The notes below the pieces were generated by a model. It saw nothing but the letters and a program-made list of their open reading frames with translations. It did not search any database and had not been told where the DNA came from. From Felis catus (lineage: Eukaryota), in assembly GCF_018350175.1 (NCBI RefSeq), contig NC_058368.1, forward strand, positions 152,894,001 through 152,958,000: DNA of 64,000 nucleotides, given 5' to 3'. The position numbers and the translations under genes are program-made. Positions 11,916-22,646 of this stretch are shown here, piece after piece. The stretch's first letter is position 1. Every line of letters begins with the position of its first letter.

Positions 11916-12160
11916 TTTTTAATGTTTGTTCGTTTATGTATGTATGTATGTATGTATGTATTTTGAGAGAGAGTACACACACATGCACACACAAGCAAGG
12001 GAGGGGCAGAGAGAGAAGGGAGAGAGATAGAATCCCAAGCAGGCTCTACACTGTCAGCGCAGAGCCCCATGTGGGGTTTAAACTCATGAACCGTGAGATC
12101 ATGACCTGATCCAAAATCAATATTTGGACGCCTGACCCGACAGAGTCACGCAGGCACCCC
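11916..12160 (-). mobile_element. CanSINE with (TATG)n in the tail
   Basis: TSD tgtccaca(a/g)catatt at 11901-11915 and 12161-12175. Confidence 0.94.
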
Positions 12161-13799
12161 TGTCCACAGCATATTGTAATGTATACAGCGTGTTCTGGAG
12201 AGCAGGAGACATAAAGTCCTGTGTTTGTATCTGTTTCTACCTTTATGGGAGGGAGGTTTCCACCTATCCTTCTGATGGCCCCCAGGAACTAGAGATGAGA
12301 ATTTTGTGTATCTTACATACACATTTTATAATTTATGCCAGACCCTATCAGAAATCCATCTAAATTTGGAAGCAGTCTGACCAGCTCTTTTCATGAAACA
12401 TGCCAACATACAATTACATATGAAGTAATAAATCCTTTAAGCCGGGACGGATCACAGTGTTTCTGTTTTAGTTCTATATGTCTGCTTACTGCACTCCAGC
12501 AGAACACCTTAAATGATCAAAGTGTGTGAAATGGCCATACAGGCCAAAAAGTTTAGTAATCTTCAGCTTTGGAAGATGAAAAGATGAGGGTTTATATATA
12601 CCCGTGGCTTTAAAAATTGTAAACGAGTTTAACAGATTCCAAGAAATTAAACAAAGGTTATCTTTTGAAGCCAAAAAGATAGGACAAGTAAAACATAAAT
12701 GTGCACTTAGGTGTAACAGTATGAAAGTCACTTGGAAAGGTGACTTGGAAGAAATGCAACTTAAAATAATGTTAGATAATGATGCCATAACACCATAATT
12801 TTCAGAGTGTACTTGTTAAGGAACCTAAAGCATGGTTTGAAGTACATGGTACTATCTGGAGAATAATGTCAAAGAAGCCTCTCCTGCTTCTTGTAAGTCT
12901 GTTGATGTTGTAGTAGGATAGACTATTGGATTGGAATCATTCTGATTTTAACTTTAAATACAATTCCTGTGGCCTTGGGATCTTAACAATACCTGTAACA
13001 TTCCATAATCCATTTCAGTTTTAATATCAGTATGTGAACTAGGTCTTACGTGATGCACTTGCTCTTAAGTCTCCTGTGTTTGGAGGGCTTTTAAGCTGAG
13101 ATTAAAGATGAATTACAGACTTCACGTTTATTTCATTGTTCTTTTTTTGTTCTCTTACAGTGGAGAAATCATTTAGCACGTTAAACTAAAGCTTTCCCTT
13201 TTACATGGGTAATGGTTTTATTTACTGTACAGATTACTAAGTATATACGTGTCAGCACAATGTCAATTTTTCAGTTAAGGAACAAAATAATTGTCTATAA
13301 ATTGCTAAATAATAAGACAGGATAAATAAATCAGTACAATCCAAAGTCCTTTGAAGCATGCTTTTTCTTTTGTCCAAGGTATATTAAACGAAAGACTATT
13401 CTAGTTATGCCTTTTATGTTTTACAAGCTGAAATTCTGATAGTTTTTCCAGAAAAAAAATACCTTTACCATATGCCACCCATTCATTTCAAAATACTTTT
13501 CAAAGTTAGGGATTAAAAAAAAAAATTTGTGTCACATTCTTCCAAAAATATCAAGCTTATATTCACTGTAATCACTGTCCTAAAATAGCCTTATGATTAT
13601 GGGGGAAGGTATATCAAAACAGCTTCATTTTAACTATCAAATGGAGGAGTTACTAACATGAATAGAAAACAATAAATAAGAATCTTTTTAAAGCCATTTG
13701 AAGAGAAAGTTGCAGATAGTGAGTCAGAAAGCTTAGTTTTAATTCTGATATGGCATAAAAATAGTGGATTTCTCTAGACATACAGGACATATTTAAGAT

Positions 13800-14220
13800 G
13801 AACTTGGCGCAAGTTAGCAGAAAACAATTCGAATTTCTTAAATAAATAAATAGAGTTCAGGGTGGAGTAATTCAGGACCTCAGTGGTGTCATCAGAGGCC
13901 CACCCCCTTCTTGTTTTTCTGTATTGCTCTCCTCAAAGATTTTGTTTTCTGTCTTGCCCTACATGGTCTTGAGCTAGCCGCAACTCTCAGCATTGCACAA
14001 GTGTCTAGGCTTGCCAAAGGAAAAGCACTTACTTGATCTTGTTTTAAGAGCAATGAAAACTTCCCTGAAAACCATCCAGAATGTTTTCTTGCACATCTCT
14101 TTGCACAGAATTGTGATCTCTGACCTTTCATAAACCAGTCTGTGTCTGGGAGGAGGTACAGGTAGAAATGTAGAGATAAGGTGGGAGAGCAGCAAGTAAC
14201 TACCTTTTTCAACACTGTGT
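13800..14220 (-). mobile_element. Probable old MaLR (MLT1-type) LTR fragment
   Basis: aattcaggacctcagtggtgtcatca...aaaacttccctgaaaaccatccagaatgttttcttgcacatctctttgcacagaattgtg resembles MLT1J/K; highly diverged, boundaries approximate. Confidence 0.5.
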
Positions 14221-14507
14221 CTTCGTTGCCCAATACAGCCCCTGATGTGTAGCAGTTTATAGTTAGTGGTTAAATTAGTAAATAAATGAATATATGTTGT
14301 TGATGTGACATCCTCCAACAATTACGTGTTCTTGTGACTATGTAAGTCAACATCCTACTTTGAAGTCCCAAACCTTCTCTCATTTTAGCCATTTTTAATA
14401 AAAATTCTTCTGAAATACAGCATATTCTTTTTTTTTCCTTTCACTCAGGACAGGACATTTAAACACAGCACTCTCCAGTGTATCTTGCTGCAATGATCAA
14501 AATGCTT

Positions 14508-14660
14508 TGCACTGTCCAATATAGTAGCCACTGGTCACATGTGTTATTGAGCCTTCAGAATATGACTGGAACAAGTGACTGGAACAAGTGAAGAACTGAA
14601 TTTTTCATTCGATTTAATTTTAACTAATTAAAATTAGATAAACACATGTGATTATTGAAC
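14508..14660. mobile_element. MER3-like hAT MITE with an internal 13-bp tandem duplication
   Basis: gcactgtccaatatagtagccactggtcacatgtg...gaactgaattttt...cacatgtg; tgactggaacaag x2 at 14563-14588. Confidence 0.8.
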
Positions 14661-15150
14661 CTCTCAGGTTTAACACTCTGATTTTCTGGAGGCTAGTCTC
14701 CTGACCCTCATCCCTCTGTAAGAAATCCTCTCCCCAAACACATAGAACTTGTGTTCTCTAAGGTGGTTCATATTGACTTTTGTTGAACAGACAAAACTTT
14801 TCAGGCTTGACAATTTTGTTTTCCTGCCTTTAGCTTATTAGTAGCAGTAACCAAGAGGCACCATGCTCAGAGGAGAGAAATGTGGGAGTCATTAGAGATG
14901 AGCCACAAGAATTAAAAAAAGGAACAGTTACAGCTAGCATTAGGTGGGAAAATAGAAAAAAAATGAAGGTAACAACCTAGTAATTGATTTAATAATGTAT
15001 AGTGAGCATGTGGTTTTGTTGAGATTTATCCATAGAGAAGATGGAGACAGATACATAGGTAGATACAAAAGTTATGGACACTTAAAAGAAATTTCATGGC
15101 AAAAAACATTGATATTTAGATCAGTAACTTGGAAAGTGTATCCTATTCTT

Positions 15151-15548
15151 TTTTTTTTAGTTTTAATTTTAATTTTTTTAAATTTATATCCAAATTAGTT
15201 AACATATAGTGCAACAATGATTTCAGAAGTAGATTCCTTAGTGCCCCTTACCCATTTAGCCTCCCCCGCCACAACCCCTCCAGTAACCCTCAGTTTGTTC
15301 TCCATATTTAAGAGTCTCTTCTGTTTTGTCCCCCTCCCTATTTTTATATTATTTTTGTTTCCCTTCCCTTATGTTCATCTGTTTTGTCTCTTAGTCCTCA
15401 TATGAGTGAAGTCATATGATTTTTGTCTTTCTCTGACTAATTTCACTTAGCATAATACCCTCCAGTTCCATCCACGCAGTTGCAAATGGCAAGATTTCAT
15501 TCTTTTTGATTGCCAGGTAATACTCCATTGTATGTATGTATATATGTG

Positions 15549-15593
<45 letters not shown>

Positions 15594-15832
15594 CACATCT
15601 TCTTTATCCATTCATCTATCGATGGACATTTGGGCTCTTTCCATACTTTGGCTATTGTTGATAGTTCTGCTATAAACAAGGGGGTGCATGTGTCCCTTCA
15701 AAACAGCACACCTGTATCCCTTGGATAAATGCCTAGTAGCGCAATTGCTGGGTCATAGGGTAGTTCTATTTTGAGTTTTTTGAGGAACCTCCATACTGTT
15801 TTCCAGAGTGGCTGCACCAGCTTGCATTCCCA
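15151..15832 (-). mobile_element. 5'-truncated carnivore L1 (ORF2 C-terminus, 3' UTR, polyA)
   Basis: ORF 15497..15679 MFIAELSTIAKVWKEPKCPSIDEWIKKMW is L1 ORF2 C-terminus; T-rich tail at 15151; TSD 13/15 at 15136-15150 and 15835-15849. Confidence 0.95.
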
Positions 15833-17519
15833 AGGTATACCCTATTCTTAAGGGATGTCAAATGATAGATAAGTTTACTGGGTATGCATATCTATATACA
15901 AACATTATGTATGTTTATACACATTATAAACATTCCGATATTGTGTAGCTCAATAAAATCTTTGGTCCAGTTTGATGTTAGAAAAACAATCTAGTTAGTT
16001 CATTAGAGTTTTTCTTCTCTAAATCAAAGATTATCAGTGTTACTTTGTTAAGGGTAATTTATCTTTTCCTTCACTTTCTAATAATATAGAAAAGTCATTT
16101 GTGTTAGGGAACTAATTAATAGCTCTTTTCCAATTGAGTATATAACCTACATTGTGCTAGGAAAAAAAGTAAAGGAAAATTATCCAGTTAGCTGCTTGTT
16201 ATTTCCGCATAATGGCCAAGGAGTCAATTTTCTAAAAAGCTGTTTAGCGTACCTTTAGGTAATACCTGGAATTGTTACACTTTATTATTTTTTTAAAAAC
16301 ATTCTATTTATAGTTATAACACTTTATACCCTGTGATTTACATGTTGAATTTAAACCAAACATTGTTATAACTTAAAAAAAGAAACGACTGACTTGTAAA
16401 TTTAAATCATGTATGCTAAATGCAGCTTTTTGATATCAGATAAGAAAATAAAAGTTAAGTACTTAGCATATAGTGCTTCAGGAACTTGAGAACTGAAGCA
16501 TGCATTTCTTTAAATATAAGATATTCACCAGCTTTCCCAAGGCCCGTCAAGGCTGGGGAGCAGGCTGCTTGAGGTTTTTTAGCACCATTCTTCTTCCCTA
16601 AATAAAAAATGCATCCAGACAACTATCATGCATTATAGTTCTAGGCTAATAGAATCTAGCCCATTTTTTTACCACTGGCTTTGAATCCTGGACTACCACC
16701 AGGTGTCATGCTAGCATTTTAATTGCAGCTCATATACTTAATTAAATATTCTTGAGCTGGTCAAGTTTAACGGTACTAAATTTATCTCATGAAAAGTGAA
16801 TATAATGGAGAATTACCAAGTTAAGGGAAAAGGCTGTGAATAAGCTCTTCTTGTGATCTAGAAAAAAACCAGTTGACTCATGTTTATTTCTCCTTTATCC
16901 ACCGCTAATCCCCTTGCCTCACATTGTTGGCATCTACCACAATAAATGTACAGTAAAGCACATATTTGTGATCATGTGGCTTATATCGAAATAAATTTGC
17001 AAGGCCTTGCTTTTAAATCAGTTTATTACACACACACACCAAACCTTGAGTTTAAACTAGCTTTGATCACCATAAGAAATTCCTGGTGAACGTTGGTGAG
17101 TTCAGAGCATTAGCTTCAGTAGTTTATAGACTAAGTAAAGATGCAAAGTCAGGCATGACACTGCAGTTTCTGGATACTCTGTGTCCCTGTGTGGGTGGAT
17201 CTCGGAGGCAACCTGAGACCTGCACACCTGCCCCAGAACACCCTAGAGCAGCCTTCCGAAAAATGGATTATGTCAGATTTCTTGGCCAAATTTCTAGGCC
17301 AAAAGCTTTGTCTAATGCAAAGACTCACTTCCTATGTGGAACTTTGTCTAGCTTATTAAAATCTAAACACTCTTATTAAAATCTAAACTTTACCAAAAGG
17401 AGTTAGGAGAGGCATTGCTGTAAGGAATACTACTAGTTAGTCATCAGCCCCCTGTGGGCACTTTGCAGAGGCCCAATCCACTTAGGCCAACATGTGGTAT
17501 ATTTTAAAAGTTTGCTCCA

Positions 17520-17760
17520 GGGGTGCCCGGGTGGCTCAGTCGGTTAAGCATCTGACTTCAGCTTAGGTCATGATCTCACAGTTCGTGGGTTCGAGCCTCA
17601 CCTTGGGCTCTGGTGGCAGCTCAGAGCCTGAAGCCTGCTTCGAATTCCGTGTCTCCCTCTCTCTCTGCCCTTCCTCCACTTGCACTCTGTCTCTCTCTCC
17701 TCAAAAATAAACAAACATTTAAAATATATGTATAAAAAAATAAAATAAAATAAAAATATA
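17520..17760 (+). mobile_element. CanSINE, outer element of a nested triplet
   Basis: ggggtgcccgggtggctcag head; TSD aaagtttg(c/t)tcca at about 17507-17519 and 18307-18319. Confidence 0.93.
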
Positions 17761-17772
17761 TATATATGTATA

Positions 17773-17995
17773 GGGGCACTTGGGTGGCTCAGTCAGTTAA
17801 GTGTCTGACTTGAGCTCAGGTCATGATCTCATGGTATGTGGGTTTGAGCCCCGCATCAGGCTCTGTGCTGACAGCTCGGAGCCTGGAGCCTGGAGCCTGC
17901 TTTGGATTCTGTGTCTCCCTTTCTCTCTGCCTTCTCCCTCTCGTGCTCTGTCTCTGTCTCTGTCTCTGTCTCTCTCTCTCAAAAATAAATAAACA
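17773..17995 (+). mobile_element. CanSINE, middle element of the nested triplet
   Basis: ggggcacttgggtggctcag head; extra GGAGCCT unit; CT tract. Confidence 0.94.
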
Positions 17996-18012
17996 TTAAA
18001 AAAAATTCTTTA

Positions 18013-18253
18013 GGGGCGCCTGGGTGGCGCAGTCGGTTAAGCATCCGACTTCAGCCAGGTCACGATCTCGTGGTCCGTGAGTTCGAGCCCCGCGTCAGGT
18101 TCTGGGCTGATGGCTCGGAGCCTGGAGCCTGTTTCTGATTCTGTGTCTCCCTCTCTCTCTGCCCCTCCCCCGTTCATGCTCTGTCTCTCTCTGTCCCAAA
18201 AATAAATAAACGTTGAAAAAAAAAATTAAAAAAAATAAAAAAAATAAAAAAAA
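18013..18253 (+). mobile_element. Young felid CanSINE, innermost element of the triplet
   Basis: Young diagnostic sequence; perfect flanking ttaaaaaaaattcttta at 17996-18012 and 18254-18270. Confidence 0.97.
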
Positions 18254-19396
18254 TTAAAAAAAATTCTTTAAATATATGTGTAAATTAAAAATAAATTAAA
18301 AAAAATAAAGTTTGTTCCATAACTTCATAGAAGATAATGGAAAGCAAATTTAAATAAATGCAGCGTCTCCTGTTTGTAAAGGAGGCATTAATAAATGAGG
18401 TTCAAACTATGTTAAAACTACATGCAAATGATATGGCAAAGCAGCACATACATGCCAATTGTCACGTTTTGATGTTCTCACACAAAATAACTCTAGCAAA
18501 GGTGTGAAGGATGAAAAGGCTTAAGTGAAAAACCAAATGGGTTACTATTTGAAGCACATTTAAATTCTAGAACAGGAAATATTTAAAAAATATGTATATA
18601 CTCTGCATTTAAAACATGGCACTAAAAGAAACTTATAGATACGAATTGCAAGATAAAAGATTTGTTGGTTAATGCTGAGTTTCTTTGTATTTTTTTTGGT
18701 GCCAAGTTTCTAATCATCCCCTTGAAGTAGTGTAAAGAGATGAATTCAAGTACATTTAAAGAAAATAAGAACAGTTTTCTTTACCTCACTTAGAAATGTA
18801 GATGTCTAGGTTAATGTCATCTCAGGAGGAAAGAATACATTTTGTTCTTTGGTTTTGGCACCCAGTAGCATAAGGTTACTCTTAAAATTCATAATTACCA
18901 CTGTTGTAATTACATAACTATTCCTAGTAGATAAAAAGGGAGTAATTACTAAGCCCGAGTTTTGTTAGTACTATTCACAATTTTCTGCCTGAAAACTCCA
19001 ATTCACCTCCCTAAATATCTCTATTTAGCCAAGCCACCTGTTCTTGGAAAATTAGATTGGAATTTGATTCTTTTCTTATACAGTAAAACTTGTCTAGTGG
19101 AAACATAGAAAAACAGAAGCGTAATGAAGTTATTAATCTGCTTAATTTGTGCTATCTTTTTGGTAAGGGAGTGAACATGTAGCTGTTGAAAATTAACGTT
19201 GCCCTTTGGCCCTAATTGCTAAGATTGTATATGTCATGTAAAATGGAGTAGATTAAAATTAAAATATGATCGTTTCCATGCTGTGCGGCATGGGAAGATT
19301 ACAGGCCTTATATGCTTATCTGTTCCAAAGAAGTTTGCTTCGCTACTGTTTGCTCATGGATTGTAAACCCACCTGTGAACGTTTTTGTTCTTGCAG

Positions 19397-19497
19397 GTCT
19401 TGGCCTGGCTGTCCTTTCCCATATCTTCTGTGCCAGGCACTCCATGTTTGCAGCTAAGCTTCTGGCTCACATGATGGCAGCCAGCTTAGGTACACAG
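19397..19497 (+). CDS. ADGRV1: ADGRV1 coding exon (probable exon 83), TM1-ICL1-TM2; (G)[33 protein letters not shown]
   Basis: gtttttgttcttgcag|GT acceptor, CAG|gtaaga donor; 101 nt, phase 1 to 0; inside ORF 19312..19581; matches recalled human [34 protein letters not shown]. Confidence 0.97.
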
Positions 19498-19917
19498 GTA
19501 AGAAGGCCTGGGGATTTCTACCTTTCACAAGAGGTTCATGTTTCTTCTTCTGTGATCCTTAAACATATGAGCAAAGTGTAATCTCATTGTAGCTGAAGTA
19601 AGCTTGTTTAGTTGTATAGCAAGGGAGGGTGGAAGACTGTGGTAAGAGGAAATGACAGTATTAGGACCTAAAGTGTATTTTGTGAACTGTTTTATACAGG
19701 GGTACCTTAATATCCTCCCTTACAAGAAAATAGCTGCTTCTTATCACAAAGCATTATACTCTCAATTTATATGTGATAAATGTATTACTGATGTGTGCAT
19801 GTATTAACATTAGCATATTTTACTTAATCTGTTTGAATAAAATATGCTTTGTTACAAATTCTTTTACATGGAGGGCATTAAGATGATATGTATTTTAAAA
19901 TATCTGCTAATATTTTA

Positions 19918-20258
19918 TCTTTGACCCTTGAACATGAGGGTACAGGGCACTGACTCCCCGTGCAGTCACAAATCTGCATAGAACTCTTGTCTCCCCCAAA
20001 ACTTAACTACTGATAGTGTACTGTTGACTGGAAGCCTTACAGGTAACATAAACAGTTGATTAACCTGTGTTTTGTATGTTGTATGTATTAAATGCTGCAT
20101 TCTTACGCTAAAGTAAAGCAAGCTAGAGAAAAGAAAATATTATTTAAAAAATCATAAGGAAAATGCATTTCCAACACTATATACTGTATTTATTGAAAAA
20201 AATCCAAATTGTAAGTGAACCCACACAGTTGAAACCCAGGTTGTTCGAGAGTCAACTG
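19918..20258 (-). mobile_element. Tigger2a-like (TcMar) non-autonomous DNA transposon
   Basis: TIRs ttgacccttgaaca (19921) and tgttcgagagtcaactg+TA (to 20260); internal ccccaaaacttaactac...gttgactggaagccttac typical of Tigger2. Confidence 0.85.
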
Positions 20259-21738
20259 TATTTTGTGTGGTTTAATATTATAGAACACAGTTTGGTAGAA
20301 CGTTCTTTTCTGAAAAACTACTCAGGTTTTCTCTTGCAGAAGATAGAACATGAAAAACATTTCGTCATCCATTAGCATGAAGTTTAAAGCACAGTTTAAA
20401 ACACAGAAAACAGATCAAAAAATGAAATTAGATGCCTTTTCTGTCCATGAAGTACTCACAGTCTAGAACAGTAGATGTATAGATAAGTGCAAACATGGAC
20501 TATTTGCAAAGTACTGTGTGAATGTAGATGATGATTTAATTTATTATTCTGTGAAAGTCCAGGAAGTCTTCATATAGGAGGTGGTATTTGTGGTCAGACT
20601 TGAATGAGAAGTTCGTGCAGTTTGTTGATGAGGGGAAAGGTGGGCACAGATGTTTGTATAAGCAAAGGGGGAAAGGCATAATCATATCTACTTGAAGGCT
20701 GTAATTACAGATCCGGACAGTAGGAAGACATTATACAGTATTATTATTGAGAGAACTTTGTATTTATTTTATAAAGTAAAACTTACCCTTTTCTAGGTAG
20801 TTGGGGCCCTTCTGGAGTGCAAAAAAATACTGTTTCTTGATTGGGTGCTGCTGGTTATATGCATATGTTCAAGTTATGTAAATTTATTGTGCTGTACACT
20901 TAGGATTTCCATGCTGTGTTTCAGAGTGCTTAAGGCATTTTATTGAACTCTAACAGAAGTTTTTAAAATAATACTAGTAGAGGAGCTGAAATTTAAGATG
21001 GAAAATTATCTGAGATATTGGACTCCTATTGTCTTTTTTTTTATTGTCTTTTTATTGTCCTAGGAGTGAAAATGGCATGTGTAAATTTCATAACTTTATT
21101 TGGGGGAACAGTTAAGTGCTGGATTCTAGGCAGAGGATTCCAGATTGCGTTTTTAAAGTACCTATGAGCTTTGGGAGGTAACAGCTGTTACCAAAGGGGG
21201 GCTTACATTGAATTTGACAAGGCTATTTATATTGCCTTGGTAACCTATCTTAGCTGTCTGATCTTGCCTTTGCTTCTTGTATGTAAGATCTTAGAAAACC
21301 CGCCTTCCATAATTAGAGTTTACTTGGCTGCATTCACCACCCACTCTGGTGATTTTTTGGCAGCAGAATTTGTACAAGTCTTAATTATAGCACTGTAGAA
21401 TTACAGACAACTCTTCAGTGTCCTAGCAGACAAATTTGCTCATGTCTGGGGATGTGAAAGAAGGACCCAGGATTTATATGTTGGGACACTGCCTTCTGAT
21501 TCACATTGTACTTAACATTAATTTTAGAGAAGAAGGTTAGTCAAATCCATGTTTTTTGGTTTATTTTTAGAATAGATGAAGCATTGTAATATTCTGTAAT
21601 ATGTAGCTTGTGACATAAAATATCTAAAAAAAAACATTTCCATAGTTTGTAGGAAGAATTGGTGTATTATTGATAAAGTACTGTTGCCTCAAAATGGTTT
21701 ACCTATCTACTTTGATTTTTTTAAATACCGTTTAAATT

Positions 21739-21946
21739 TGTTTTAATGTTTACTTATTTTTTGAGAGAGATAGACAGAGCATGAGCAGGGGAGGGGCAGA
21801 GAGAGAGGGAGACACACAATCCGAAGCAGGCTCCAGGTTCTGAGTGGGCAGCACAGAGCCTGACACCGGGCTCGAACTCAGAAACTGTGAGATCATGACC
21901 TGAGCTGAAGTCGGATATTTAACCGACTGAGCCACCCAAGCGCCCC
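21739..21946 (-). mobile_element. CanSINE
   Basis: Reverse head ending gcgcccc; degenerate TSD taaataccgtttaaatt/taaataccctctaaatt. Confidence 0.95.
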
Positions 21947-22586
21947 ATAAATACCCTCTAAATTAAAGAGAATAGTTGTTTCCCTGAAAATCTTTTAGCA
22001 AAGGCTTTTTTAAATCCTCAGACTCTCCAAAAAAAGAAATGAAGCTGACTGCAGGAACTTGGGCTCGCTCTTTCTGAATTTTAAAATCGTATTGATGTCT
22101 CCAGTTACAGAATCTTGCCAATGGGGGTATTCCATTTCCAACCTCAGATCTCTCATTTGGAATCCTCCATCAACATTATGTTGACATCCCTAGAGTGTGA
22201 GTTTCCTCTTGAGAAGTCTTCAAAAATACACTTTTGGCCAGTCATTCTTTGGCTAAGAGAATGAAACTTTCCTTGCTGGCCTCAAGTGTTTGAGTTACAA
22301 ATACTCAAATACAGGTCAACCAAAAGCATTCAGTGTCAAATCTTTATTGCTTACCTAGAATGAGATTGAATGGCCTTTGTGGGAAAGGGAAGAATGGAAA
22401 TGTGATCATCTTTGACTTCCTTTTGTCATTGTAGGTCAGTCAGTGAGCAAGTTATCCATCAAAATGTGCTCGTCTGGCTCTACTTCTCTGCTAGAAACAT
22501 ATGTAAAAATATATATTTATATTATTTATATCTATACATTAATCTGGTTTGTCATTCTAGCATCTTTGAGAATCATTGACTATAAA

Positions 22587-22605
22587 CTACCAGCAGGTGG
22601 CAGTA
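22587..22605 (+). promoter_or_regulatory. Strong CTCF-binding motif match
   Basis: CTACCAGCAGGTGGCAGTA matches the CCASYAGRKGGCRS core in unique sequence; occupancy unknown. Confidence 0.55.
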
Positions 22606-22606
22606 G

Positions 22607-22610
<4 letters not shown>

Positions 22611-22643
<33 letters not shown>
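22611..22643. repeat. Poly(T)33
   Basis: Read directly. Confidence 0.95.

Positions 22644-22646
<3 letters not shown>

Noticed and set aside
17352..17388. 17-bp direct repeat cttattaaaatctaaac
   Set aside because: Ordinary local slippage duplication in AT-rich DNA.
17445..17461. Second CTCF-like motif on the minus strand (GCCCACAGGGGGCTG)
   Set aside because: Two mismatches in the core; too weak without binding data.
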